A stretch of 49,785 nt of DNA from Candidatus Bathyarchaeia archaeon (GTDB taxonomy: Archaea > Thermoproteota > Bathyarchaeia > 40CM-2-53-6). Every line of letters starts with the position of its first letter. Position 1 is the stretch's first letter. Both the position numbers and the translations under genes were made by a program. The DNA is taken from positions 1-49,785 of the forward strand of contig JBAVCK010000126.1 of assembly GCA_049586635.1 (NCBI GenBank), given 5' to 3'. Below, in pieces: positions 20,442-30,295 of this stretch. The notes beneath the pieces were generated by a model, which saw nothing but the letters and a program-made list of their open reading frames with translations, did not search any database and was not told the DNA's origin.

Positions 20442-20473
20442 CCGTAAGAACCTCGCACAACACTATTCGCAAT

Positions 20474-22876
20474 TCAAGTCCGCATGATGCTCTTGACGAG
20501 CCGATCATATGCCGGCAGTCTTTCAAGTCCGGCCTTAATCCCCATTTCTGCCTCAGGCATTTTGTGCTTGTCGAAGAAACTCTCGACCTCTTGGATTCTA
20601 CCGACCCCTAAGATCGGGATCAGACTTCCGAACATTCCCGAAAGCACTCCCGTATTATGGTACAGGTCCCGAATCCTTTCAATATTCAATTGCAGCCAAG
20701 ACCATATGGTGTCGCCAGCACGCGGCTTCTCAGCGGCGGCGCCAATTACGGCGACGACGTCTTGTCTCTTGACTTCGCCACTCAGAGCAAGACTCAAGGT
20801 CTTTAGCAGCAATGCCTCATCTGCGAAGCCGGTCATCGCGTTAAGGAACCTGATTTTGTCCTCGTCCGAAGCGCTTTCCCTGTAAACCTTCGTGAGGCCT
20901 TCGAAATCGTTAGTTGATCGTGCATATGCTAAAGCTACGGCTTGTTTCATATCGGGTGGGACCTTTTCGTAATCTTTGAAATCTTTGCCTAATTTGGAGG
21001 CGTAACCCTCATCGACCAGCGCCAACCTGCAAGCCACTTTCCCCCGTAAGATCGAACTGTTCCCGTCGGTCTTGTGCTCCAGCAATTCGAGCTGCGTCCG
21101 ATGAAATTCCTTCGCAATTTCGGCGACTTTTGAAGGAACAAGCGTGTACAGTAGTCCTAGTTGGTCTGAAATCTCTCCCGCCGGAAGAGTACTGGCTTCT
21201 CTACTGAACTTGTTCAGAACCTCCAGATACTCCTTGTAAGTGATTCTTCCAGAAAGGAGGAAAAGGAACGCGTCGAACACTATTCCCCATTTGTCAAACG
21301 GTGAAAGCTCACTTTCCCACAGAAGGTCATCGAGGCCGACGTACTTCACCAAGAAGAAGCCCGTGCAGTCAGGGTTTACTATTAACGCCTTCAAACCCTT
21401 GGTTTCAACTATCTCGTCCACCTTCTCCATGAGGATCCGCCTTCTTTCGCCATTCACTTCAATCACAATTGGAATCGGCCAAGTGACATTCTCCGTATCA
21501 CCCGAGAGAAGGAATCTCTCTTGCCGAAGAGCCAGCTTTCCCTCACGCAACGAAACAGTTACAATTGGATATCCTGGCTGCTGTACCCAATGAGACATTA
21601 TCCGCTTTACAGACTTCCCGGACGCAGCCTCAAGCATAGACCACAGGTCATTCCCAGTGGCGTTCGAGTATGCGTGCTTTGAGAGATAGCGGCTTACACC
21701 TTCCCGAAATGCTTCCTCACCAATGTAGGCCTCAATCATTCTGAGTACGTGGGCACCCTTACCGTAGCTAATGGCGTCGAAGATTTGCTCGATTTCGTCA
21801 GGCGATTTCACTTTGACTTCGATTGGGTGAGTGTTCTTCAGGCAATCTCTCCCTAAGGCTCCGGCGAGTGTTTCAACTCTTGGTTCCCCGTTGTAAAAAT
21901 TGTCGAAGATCTTCCAATCTGGATGGATAGAGTCAACCGCCTTGTATGACATGAACGTTGCAAAACTTTCGTTCAGCCAAATGTCGTCCCACCATTTCAT
22001 GGTAACTAGGTCCCCAAACCACTGGTGGGCCAACTCGTGAGCTACGCCCATCGAAGAACGCATCTTCATCCTAGTACTCGTGTTAGCGTCAACAAACAGC
22101 ATGATTTCGCGAAAAGTAATAGCTCCCCAATTCTCCATCGCCCCCATCGCGAATTCAGGGACACCGATCAAGTGCACCTTCGGAAGGGAGTATGGCAGGC
22201 CATAGTAGGAATTGAAGAATTTGATTGCTTGCCGGGCTTCATCCTGTGCGAATTTGCCCAGCTTCGTCTTGCCAGGGGTCGTTGCCACGATTATTTCGGT
22301 CTTGCCGAGTTTCTCTGTCTGCGTTTCGAACTTACCGACTCCAAGGTAAAGGAGGTAGGTGGACATTCGCGGCGTCTTTTCAAAAGTGACTGTTTTCTTC
22401 TCCGCATCCTCGCTAACAGATTGTACGGGCATGTTCGAAATTGCTTCAAGGCCCTTGTCGATTTTTACTGCGAGCTTAAACTCGGCTTTAACGTCGGGCC
22501 GATCAACGCATGGGAACATTCGCCTCGCTTGAGCTGCCTCGAAATGCGTCGTTACGATATGCGTATGGTCGTATGGAGCGCTGTAGATTCCTGCTAAAGA
22601 ATTTGGAATGGCAGCTGCATAATTGATTTGCAAGGTGCCGTCGAATGGCCCTGTCTCGATAGTTAGGTTCTCGTCTATCTGACTGAACCGGAAAACGCTT
22701 TCGCCCGAACTGACACGTTCTATGTTTAGGCCAACAGAGTTCAGGAGGATGTCTTCTTCCGTCTTCAGCTTGATAAGCAGCTTACCTTTGAATTTCAAAT
22801 TAGTAAAATCCAGGTCGATGAACAAATCGTACTCGGCGACTTGCACGGTGCCACTACCACCTAGCGGCAAGAGCAC
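20474..22876 (-). CDS. M1-family aminopeptidase (tricorn-interacting factor F2/F3-like)
   Basis: Has a GAMENWG exopeptidase motif, HELAHQWFGDLVTMKWWDDIWLNESFA (HExxH-x18-E), and an ERAP1-like C-terminal domain. 800 aa. Confidence 0.9.
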   Translation of the reverse strand: MLLPLGGSGTVQVAEYDLFIDLDFTNLKFKGKLLIKLKTEEDILLNSVGLNIERVSSGESVFRFSQIDENLTIETGPFDGTLQINYAAAIPNSLAGIYSAPYDHTHIVTTHFEAAQARRMFPCVDRPDVKAEFKLAVKIDKGLEAISNMPVQSVSEDAEKKTVTFEKTPRMSTYLLYLGVGKFETQTEKLGKTEIIVATTPGKTKLGKFAQDEARQAIKFFNSYYGLPYSLPKVHLIGVPEFAMGAMENWGAITFREIMLFVDANTSTRMKMRSSMGVAHELAHQWFGDLVTMKWWDDIWLNESFATFMSYKAVDSIHPDWKIFDNFYNGEPRVETLAGALGRDCLKNTHPIEVKVKSPDEIEQIFDAISYGKGAHVLRMIEAYIGEEAFREGVSRYLSKHAYSNATGNDLWSMLEAASGKSVKRIMSHWVQQPGYPIVTVSLREGKLALRQERFLLSGDTENVTWPIPIVIEVNGERRRILMEKVDEIVETKGLKALIVNPDCTGFFLVKYVGLDDLLWESELSPFDKWGIVFDAFLFLLSGRITYKEYLEVLNKFSREASTLPAGEISDQLGLLYTLVPSKVAEIAKEFHRTQLELLEHKTDGNSSILRGKVACRLALVDEGYASKLGKDFKDYEKVPPDMKQAVALAYARSTNDFEGLTKVYRESASDEDKIRFLNAMTGFADEALLLKTLSLALSGEVKRQDVVAVIGAAAEKPRAGDTIWSWLQLNIERIRDLYHNTGVLSGMFGSLIPILGVGRIQEVESFFDKHKMPEAEMGIKAGLERLPAYDRLVKSIMRT

Positions 22877-23133
22877 ACTCGGCCTAAGTAATCTTTTCCG
22901 GAACCCTTGCGACTAGGCGGTTTCCTGGGGTGGTTACCACTGAACGTTTGGGTGGTTATCGAGATTCCTCAAGAGATCAGGGACGAGTTCGCCCGCATCG
23001 TGGCGGAGAACGAGGCCGCGTCGAATGGGCGGGGAGAATAGCTCTAATCAAATCCCGGCCGTCCTTAATCCAGACCTGATGGCAGTAGGCACATGAGTAA
23101 CTTGATCTAGCTATCAGAGGAGGGCAGATCTAG

Positions 23134-23826
23134 TTGATCGCGCATATAGTTCTGTTCGATATTGATGGGACGCTAATATCTAGCTCCGCGGCTGAAGAGA
23201 CTTTATCAAAGTGTTATCTCAAAACTATACGTGACGTCGTCGGCACGGAGCCATCAGTAATCCCATCGCGTTTTCAGGCATGGTGGATCCGCAGATTTGC
23301 AAGATACTTCTGGCTGAGACCGGCTTAGAAGGTAGAATACTTCCTCCCCAAAGTGCTCACGCGGATGGGCGAGGTTTATCGCTACATGGGAAAAAGACCC
23401 ATGCTAAACGAAGGAGTCGAAGAACTGTTGCACATTCTTACAAAATCACAAAACCATATTGTAGGAGTGCTCACCGGCAACCTTTCAGCAGTTGCCACCG
23501 AGAAATTGAGGGTCACGGGAATCGATTCATATTTCGCAGAACGTTTCTATGCTGACAGTTATTTTGACCGCAACCGCCTGATTGAAGACGCTGTCAGGAC
23601 ATGCGTGGCGAACTATAAGCTGTCCGACCGCAAGAACGTTATGATTGTTGGTGACACGCCCAGAGATATGAGCGCAGCCAACGCGGCTAGGGCCACATCG
23701 ATCGGGATCGCTAGCGGCACATTCTCATTGGAGCAGTTGTCTCAGGCGAATGCGACTTGGGTTTTTTCAGATCTCAAACCATCGAAAGAACTACTGAGAG
23801 CACTAGGTTTGGGACCACAGCCATAA
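23134..23826 (+). pseudogene. HAD-superfamily hydrolase, apparently disrupted (in-frame TAG plus local frame switch)
   Basis: Motif I MIAHIVLFDIDGTL starts at 23134, and motifs III/IV (VGDTPRDMSAANAA) lie in the 23353-23826 ORF in the same frame. A TAG at 23326-23328 separates them. Between about 23255 and 23335, the HAD-like sequence (FSGMVDPQICKILLAETGLEG) is only found in a different frame. Confidence 0.5.
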
Positions 23827-23832
23827 TGCCTT

Positions 23833-24168
23833 CTGGACACATTCTCTCGCTGTGACGATGCCGACGTTGCGATTATCCAGCTGGTGCGGGAAAACTCTCG
23901 TGCCACGTACCAAGAGCTGGATTGAATTTTGTCCGACATACAATCTTCTATGTCGGACAGAATTAGGCGTGGCCGTCCCCGAGTGGGCGACCATATTGAT
24001 TTCCGGATAGGGACGAAATACAAAGCCTTCATCGTGATCCTCAACAACCCTACTAGGCGCACGCTGCAAAACACGCTCAACCAAACAAACCAACCCGCAC
24101 CGCGTGGAAAGTACCGACGAGGTTCAGATACTAAGCTTTTAACGGTACATGTTGGAGCCTCGGGCTAG
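23833..24168 (+). pseudogene. Lrp/AsnC-family regulator remnant (multiple frame breaks, no start codon)
   Basis: Hand translation finds LDTFSRCDDADVAIIQLVRENSRATYQELD-stop in one frame. Another frame gives LSDIQSSMSDRIRRG...IDFRIGTKYKAFIVILNN. These match the HTH and the start of the RAM domain of Lrp/AsnC but are not contiguous. Confidence 0.3.
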
Positions 24169-24416
24169 GTTGGGACCGTCGTTTAGAACCGTCAACCAAG
24201 CAAGCCTTCAGCTTGAAATCAGTTAAGAACAAGACGAAGTCAAGCCAATTCCGAGCATAACTGGTATGATATTTTCACCTGTAACCTGTCAAAGTTGTGC
24301 GCAAAACCCCATAGCGATTGCTATTCATCGGGAACTGCAAATACCCAGCAGAATCAGACTAAGGCCCAACGGACTAGCGGGGGCGTGGCTTAGTTTTCCT
24401 TCCTGTAACGAACTGG

Positions 24417-24776
24417 CTAGGCGGGTGCGTCTTTGGAGCCTTCGCGTTCATCGAGCACTTTGAAGACGAAACGGGCGGGCCACTCAGCAAGGGCTCCTCC
24501 CATTGCCAGGGCCACGGCAGTCGCCTCGAGAATCTCCTTACGTGACGCGCCTTCTTCCATCGCTGCGGTAACATGGTACTCGACACAAGGATAGCATTTT
24601 TCACATATGCTGATTCCGAGGCCGATCAGTTCCTTGTACTTCGCTGGGAGCGCTCCCTCCCGTAGGGCTTTTGCTTCTAGGTTCTCGAGTTCCTCGAATG
24701 TTCCAACCCCGCTCCTGAACATTTTCAGGTTGTACTGCTTCCTGCTTCTTCTAATCTCACCAATATCATCGAACAC
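24417..24776 (-). CDS. carboxymuconolactone decarboxylase / AhpD-like family protein
   Basis: 119 aa. KYKELIGLGISICEKCYPCVEYHV carries the CMD-domain CxxC-containing signature. Confidence 0.75.
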   Translation of the reverse strand: MFDDIGEIRRSRKQYNLKMFRSGVGTFEELENLEAKALREGALPAKYKELIGLGISICEKCYPCVEYHVTAAMEEGASRKEILEATAVALAMGGALAEWPARFVFKVLDEREGSKDAPA

Positions 24777-24864
24777 GCTAATCGCCTCGCGTGTCGCTGA
24801 GTGCTTCCGGTGGATAAAAGAATTAGATGATGTGTTAAACGCTATCTTGTCCGCTGTCGTCTAT

Positions 24865-24978
24865 TGGAGCCTCGGGCGGGGTTCGAACCCGCGACCTGCC
24901 GCTCTCCTGATTCAGGTTACAAGGCGGCTGCTCACCAGTGCCCAATGTAGGGCATCTACCAGGCTGAGCCACCGAGGC
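24865..24978 (-). tRNA. tRNA-Thr(UGU) with two introns (D-loop and anticodon loop); encoded CCA
   Basis: Minus-strand read: GCCTCGG TG GCTC AGCCTGGTAG [about 22-nt insert ATGCCCTACATTGGGCACTGGT] GAGC A GCCGC CTTGTAA [14-nt insert] GCGGC AGGTC GCGGG TTCGAAC CCCGC CCGAGGC T CCA. Confidence 0.8.
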
Positions 24979-25028
24979 GTCGGCGGAGTATTAACGGACC
25001 AGCTTAAAATTCTCGCTAAGGCGACTTG

Positions 25029-26267
25029 CTATCTGCTTTTGTGGCGCCTAGCCGCATCAACAAGTGCCTCGATCGCTGGAAGCTCTTCACCGGCTAGCAA
25101 AGAGAGCATGGCGCCTCCCGCTGTGCTGACGTGGGACAATCTGTCCGAGATGCCGAGTATGCCAGCGTAACCTGAAAGGTGCCCACCGCCGATTACGGTG
25201 AATGCGTCCGAATCTGCCATAGACTCTAGGATGGTCTTAGTCCCAGTTTCGAAACCATCCTCCTCAAAGACGCCCATGGGCCCAGCGGCCACAACAGTCT
25301 TCGATTCGCGGATGATTTCTGAGAACTTTTTGGCTGTTTTCGAGCCTATGTCGAGCGCACGGCCGGCGTGGGATAATTTCGCGACTGGCGTGTCAGCACG
25401 TTTGCCGTCGAGGATTGTTCCAAAGTCTGTGGGGAGCACTATTCGTTTTCGGTATTTTGAGAGGATTCGGTTGGCTTTCAAGACTTCATCCGTAACACTT
25501 GCCAACTCACTCTCATCGGCTTGGCTGAGCTTCCGGTCGGCGGCCTTCAGGAATACCTTCGCAACGTTTCCCCCGACGAGAACATGCTCCGCCTTCCCTG
25601 TTGAGAGAAGGTTATCGATGACTGGTACTTTGTCTTCAACCTTAGCACCGCCCAGAATGTAAGTACTCGGCCGATCGGGCTTTACAAGTAATCGTTCGAG
25701 TGCAGCAAGCTCTTTCTCCATTAGTCTGCCGGCGGCTGACGGGAGGATATGTGGGAAACCTACGAGCGAGGCCTGTGACCTATGGGCAGCGGCGAAGGCA
25801 TCGTTGACGTACAGGTCAAATAGCGGCGCCAGGCGCGAGACAAGGTTTGTTCTAGCAAGCTTCTCACCTGTTTCTTCTAGGTTCTCCTCGGCGCAAAAGC
25901 GTACGTTATCCAACACCAAAACCTCGCCGCTCTTGAGGCCCTTTATTGCTCCTCGTGCAGCGGGTCCCATGACATCATCAATGAAACTAACGGATCGTGC
26001 GCAGCTGTTCTGCAGGCGTATTGCGTGTTGTTGGAGAGGGGTGAAATCGTCCCTTCCCGGACGGCTTTGGTGTGAGAGAATCACGACTTTGGCACTTGCG
26101 AGCGCGTCTAACGTTGGCGTTGCAGCGACGATCCTTCCTTCGTCAAGGATCTTCTTGGTGTAGGGGTCCATTGGAACGTTGATGTCTAATCTCAGGAGTA
26201 CACGTTTGTCGCGGAGCTCGAAGTCGTCGAGGGTTAGGTAGTTGAACTCCATTCCTTGCGCGTCCAA
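25029..26267 (-). CDS. pgk: phosphoglycerate kinase
   Basis: 412 aa with RLDINVP, SHQSRPG, and the C-terminal GGGHLSGYAG...STAGGAMLSLLAGE motifs typical of archaeal PGK. Confidence 0.9.
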   Translation of the reverse strand: MDAQGMEFNYLTLDDFELRDKRVLLRLDINVPMDPYTKKILDEGRIVAATPTLDALASAKVVILSHQSRPGRDDFTPLQQHAIRLQNSCARSVSFIDDVMGPAARGAIKGLKSGEVLVLDNVRFCAEENLEETGEKLARTNLVSRLAPLFDLYVNDAFAAAHRSQASLVGFPHILPSAAGRLMEKELAALERLLVKPDRPSTYILGGAKVEDKVPVIDNLLSTGKAEHVLVGGNVAKVFLKAADRKLSQADESELASVTDEVLKANRILSKYRKRIVLPTDFGTILDGKRADTPVAKLSHAGRALDIGSKTAKKFSEIIRESKTVVAAGPMGVFEEDGFETGTKTILESMADSDAFTVIGGGHLSGYAGILGISDRLSHVSTAGGAMLSLLAGEELPAIEALVDAARRHKSR

Positions 26268-26385
26268 CCAATAACCGGAACGATAGCCTCGTGTTCATTA
26301 AACGCTTTTCACTCCGCGCCACGACCGCCTCATCTGGGAATTTGATGCGAACGTTTTTACATCAAGCGCCAGCTTTCTGGGCGGG

Positions 26386-26495
26386 GCCGGGGTGGCTCAG
26401 CTGGTAGAGCGCCAGCCAGGCTTAAGGGACGAAACTCATAATCTGGAGAGCCGTGGGCCCAGAAGCCGCGGGTTCGAACCCCGCCCCCGGCACCA
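26386..26495 (+). tRNA. tRNA-Met (or Ile2) (CAU) with two non-canonical introns; encoded CCA
   Basis: GCCGGGG TG GCTC AGCTGGTA GAGC G CCAG[18-nt insert]A CTCATAA TCTGG, then a 21-nt stretch where 5 nt are expected (about 16-nt insert with a GGGCCC hairpin), then GCGGG TTCGAAC CCCGC CCCCGGC A CCA. Confidence 0.8.
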
Positions 26496-26807
26496 CTGAT
26501 ATTTGTTATTACCAGGGTAATCCTGCGCCGTCATGCTATATTTCGACTAAGTCGGTTTTTGCTGAGTTTGGGCTGCGGCGGTTGCGCGTAATCCTGAGGA
26601 TCCTGAATGGTTTTGGTTGAAGCGTTTAGATGTGGATACGGTGCCGGTTGCGAGGGCGAATTTTCGGCGAAGCCATGAGTATTGTAGGTCAAAGCTTGAG
26701 CGTCCTTTAACAGAATAGCAATCTCACAATCATGTTTGCGGGAACCCACTGCATGGGCCAAAACAAGTATAGCGTACTAACATTCGAGACTTGGATTAAG
26801 TGGGAAA

Positions 26808-27728
26808 ATGGGCGTTAGCGCTGGCCAAGTTGTATGCGATAAGCTGACCAAGGTGTACGGCAAGAGTGAAACGAAGGCCCTCGACTCCGTAACCTTTTGT
26901 TTGCCTTCTCGTGGCATCTTCGTGCTGATTGGGAGGAACGGTTCTGGAAAGACCACGCTCGTACGGATCTTGGCCACGCAACTCGAACCAACGTCCGGAA
27001 AAGCGACGATAAACGGGATCGATGTCGTAAAGGAGGCTCGAATGCTCAGGGAAAAGATCGCTATCGTCCCTCAAGAAGCTAGACCGATACCTTGGATGAC
27101 ACCAATGCAGACGGTGCTCTCGTACCTTCTCTGGAGGGGGTTCGACTACGGTGAAGCTAAGCGGCGGGCGTACCGGGCGCTTCAAAGGCTCGGGCTCGCC
27201 CAATCATCCAATGTTATGAATCGCTCGCTATCTGGCGGAATGAGAAGGAAAGTCATGGTGGCCACAGTCCTCTCATCGGAGGCAGAGGTAATTTTCCTAG
27301 ACGAACCAACGACGGGACTCGACCCGATTTCACGAAGAGAGTTTTGGGGAACGCTACGGGAAATCGGAAACCAACGCCTCACGTTTCTTACAACGCATTA
27401 TCTGGAAGAGGCGGAACAGCTGGCCGACCAGATCGGCATACTCGACCGAGGCCATCTAATCCGCATAGGCACATTGGAAGAATTACGCCAAAGCGTGAAT
27501 TACAATTACAGCCTGCGGCTCCTCGAAACACCCCCGCCCCCTCTTCCAGCCGTGGAAAAGGGAGAGGTAATAACCGGACCGGACGGCAGTATCAGAATCC
27601 TTACAGTCGAAGATGAAGCCTTCAGGATCTCAAGCGAGCTTGCCAAACATGGCCTCAAGTTCACGATCAACCCAGTTTCACTTGATGACATATTCTTCTA
27701 CCTCGCGAGCCAGAGAGCGGGTGACTAG
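26808..27728 (+). CDS. ABC transporter ATP-binding protein (ABC-2/DrrA-like exporter)
   Basis: Walker A GRNGSGKTT, signature LSGGMRRK, Walker B IFLDEPTTGLD, and an H-loop (TTHY). Confidence 0.9.
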   Translation: MGVSAGQVVCDKLTKVYGKSETKALDSVTFCLPSRGIFVLIGRNGSGKTTLVRILATQLEPTSGKATINGIDVVKEARMLREKIAIVPQEARPIPWMTPMQTVLSYLLWRGFDYGEAKRRAYRALQRLGLAQSSNVMNRSLSGGMRRKVMVATVLSSEAEVIFLDEPTTGLDPISRREFWGTLREIGNQRLTFLTTHYLEEAEQLADQIGILDRGHLIRIGTLEELRQSVNYNYSLRLLETPPPPLPAVEKGEVITGPDGSIRILTVEDEAFRISSELAKHGLKFTINPVSLDDIFFYLASQRAGD

Positions 27729-28493
27729 ATGTCCGATAGTATTGTATTGATGAAGAGGAGTAAGTTTAGCCAGTTTCTCGCTGCAGTACTCGTCAATTCC
27801 GTATACGAAATGAGAAATTACCCGATTGTTCTAATCAACACGGTTCTTTCCCCTCTGTCGTTTCTGCTTCTCATTGTTTTCGTGAGTCACGGAAGCTTGA
27901 TAGGAGAAGCCGTGGAGGGCGGATTCATCATGAGCATGTTCTCCGCTGGCGTTTCTCTGCAAGGGGACCTCTCGCACCTGAAAAATGATTTCAAGTTGCA
28001 AGATATGGTGGTCAGTTCTCCAACCTCATGGCAGACCTACATGTTTGGGATGGCGATTTCAGAAATCGTTTACTCTGTCCCAGCCCTGCTCGTGCTCTGC
28101 GTACTTGCATATTACTTCATGAATTTGAGCCCAATAGGAACCCTAGCGTTTATCGGGGTACTTCTCTTGATGTTTCTCACTTCGGTTGCGATTGGTTTCA
28201 CCCTTTCAACCTTCTCGTCCGACATCGTCCAAAGCTTTGCCTTCTCGAGGTTAATCTCAACTCTTTTCTCAACGATACCGCCGGTATACTATCCAATTAC
28301 TTACATTCCGATTCCATACAGGTATCTCGCCTACCTGTCTCCAACCACTTACGCTGCTGAACTGGCCCAGAGCTTCGCTGGATATCTGACCCTGTCACCC
28401 GCAACTACCGCGCTTAGCTGGACGATTTTGATTGGTGTGGCTTCAAGCCTACTTCTTGTAGCGAGAAGCAAGGCGAGATGGAGAGAAATCTAA
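27729..28493 (+). CDS. ABC-2-type transporter permease
   Basis: 254 aa with 6 TM helices. The ATG immediately follows the ATPase stop codon (TAGATG). Confidence 0.8.
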   Translation: MSDSIVLMKRSKFSQFLAAVLVNSVYEMRNYPIVLINTVLSPLSFLLLIVFVSHGSLIGEAVEGGFIMSMFSAGVSLQGDLSHLKNDFKLQDMVVSSPTSWQTYMFGMAISEIVYSVPALLVLCVLAYYFMNLSPIGTLAFIGVLLLMFLTSVAIGFTLSTFSSDIVQSFAFSRLISTLFSTIPPVYYPITYIPIPYRYLAYLSPTTYAAELAQSFAGYLTLSPATTALSWTILIGVASSLLLVARSKARWREI

Positions 28494-28579
28494 GATCGCC
28501 GCAGATACTCTGCGAAGTCTGGAATTACTTTTCTATTTCTCCCGCGATAATGCTTCTGGGTTGAGGTGCAAGAAAACCC

Positions 28580-28786
28580 GTGTTTCCGTTATACCTTGCT
28601 TACGTCATTTGGCTGATCGTTCCCATAGTGATTTGGAGCGCTTTCTGGAAGGCCCTTGGACTATGGTTTTCGGCTAGAAATAACGAAAAAACCTGGTTCA
28701 TCGTATTTGCCTTCATCAACCTGCTAGGAATTCTTGAGATCTACTACTTGCATTCTAGAAGGTGCTGGCCCTTCAGACGAAAGTAG
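28580..28786 (+). CDS. small two-TM membrane protein (DUF5652-like)
   Basis: 68 aa. WKALGLWFSARNNEKTWFIVFAFINLLGILEIYYL resembles the DUF5652 pattern. Confidence 0.5.
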   Translation: MFPLYLAYVIWLIVPIVIWSAFWKALGLWFSARNNEKTWFIVFAFINLLGILEIYYLHSRRCWPFRRK

Positions 28787-28832
28787 CCCTGCGAGATTTC
28801 CACTTCGTACTTCGCAATGTTCCTTCCTACGC

Positions 28833-30218
28833 TCAATTAGTCGTCGCTTTGCGCCGAAGCGGCCCCGTCTTTCTGTACTTGTATCTCTCGTAAATCATTT
28901 CGACGCCGTGCCTGTTGAACCTGAACTCAATCATCATCCTGGCTGTCCCAGCCAGAGAATAGAAGCTAGCCCCATCCGCATCCTCGCTTTCGGGGACCAG
29001 AACTATGTTTTCGCCTATGTCCTCACCGGATAGCATAAGGAAAGAACCGTTTCGTTTCACTTCCGCCAACACAGTGCCTTTGTACGCCGAATACTCGCCC
29101 TCAAGTCGCCTGAGAAGCTTGTCTAGCTTAATGACCGGCAGCTCCTCGGGATCCCTATCCATCAGAAGGGCCATTCCATAGAGCGCAATTCTATCAATCG
29201 AGTAGCCGGTCCCGTTCGCAAGGCATACGATACCGTACCCAGCACTACGAGAGTAGGCGAAACAGGCTGTGAACACTTCCACGGACCCACCATGAAAGAC
29301 AACCTTGCGGCCGTAGAAACTGGGTATGATCTCTAAGCCGTAGCCATAGCCTTGGCCTGGGAAGGTTTCCCTCGGCCATCTAACGTATGGAGTTTCCATC
29401 TTCTCCAATGTGTCCGCGCCGACTATTCTCTTTCCCTCGAACGTTCCACCATTGATTAACATCGTAACGTAGTTTGAAAGATCGACTACATTTGACACGA
29501 GCCCACCGGCGGGGCTGGAACCGTAGGGAATTTTCGAAGGGTTAGCCTTTCCGTCCTTGACTACATATGGCGTTGCTCTGTCTGCATCCTGTTCAATTTG
29601 GTCTTTTGCAAAGAACGACCTGGTCATATGCAGCGGGGTAAGAATTTCTTCCTTCACGAATTCGGTATACGGACGGCTGCTCACTTTTGTGATGACCTCT
29701 CCAAGGAGGTCGTAACCTTCGTTTAGGTAGAACAACTTCTCACCTGGTTTCGACTCAACCCAGTCATCCACCTCATCCAAGAATTGGACAACATCGTCAA
29801 GATTTGAGATGGGCAACGGCCGCTTGTAAGTCCCAAGCGTATTGTAGATCTGAACTTCTGAAAACCCGAGGCCAGGAATCCCACTTGTGTGGGTTAGAAG
29901 GTGGTGGATCTCAACTTCTCGAAATGCCTTCTGCTTCAGAGGTAAGAAATCAGCTATTTTATCGTGGAAACGTAGTTTGCCTTTCTCAACTAGTTTCGCG
30001 ACGGAGAGCGCGGTAAAGGACTTTGTGATTGAACCAATGCCATAGAGAGTGCTGATAGATGCTGGTGTCGATGAAGCGATATCTTTGAACCCGTACGCAA
30101 TCGAGTGAACGGCCTTCCCGGTTTCAATTAGCCTCGCAGTGACGCTCGGAAGATTAGTTTCGCTGGCGTTGGTGGTGATGAACTCATCAAATTTGCTGAA
30201 ATTTGTGGATCTCGGCAT
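28833..30218 (-). CDS. serine hydrolase, beta-lactamase/transpeptidase-like (class C / esterase EstB-like)
   Basis: 461 aa with the S-x-x-K motif GSITKSF, a downstream YLNEGY-type Tyr motif, and HGG near the C-terminal part of the catalytic domain. Confidence 0.85.
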   Translation of the reverse strand: MPRSTNFSKFDEFITTNASETNLPSVTARLIETGKAVHSIAYGFKDIASSTPASISTLYGIGSITKSFTALSVAKLVEKGKLRFHDKIADFLPLKQKAFREVEIHHLLTHTSGIPGLGFSEVQIYNTLGTYKRPLPISNLDDVVQFLDEVDDWVESKPGEKLFYLNEGYDLLGEVITKVSSRPYTEFVKEEILTPLHMTRSFFAKDQIEQDADRATPYVVKDGKANPSKIPYGSSPAGGLVSNVVDLSNYVTMLINGGTFEGKRIVGADTLEKMETPYVRWPRETFPGQGYGYGLEIIPSFYGRKVVFHGGSVEVFTACFAYSRSAGYGIVCLANGTGYSIDRIALYGMALLMDRDPEELPVIKLDKLLRRLEGEYSAYKGTVLAEVKRNGSFLMLSGEDIGENIVLVPESEDADGASFYSLAGTARMMIEFRFNRHGVEMIYERYKYRKTGPLRRKATTN

Positions 30219-30295
30219 GATGGCTGAGAAACGCCGCTGGTTATTTATTCGTTCGTAACACGGGCATTGCTGCGACGGAAACGGAGAGCCGGCGT

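Noticed and set aside
23326-23328. In-frame TAG in the HAD gene as a possible pyrrolysine or read-through codon
   Set aside because: No pyl genes or PYLIS-like context are visible, and the peptide encoded around the TAG in that frame is implausible. A frame switch or indel explanation fits better.
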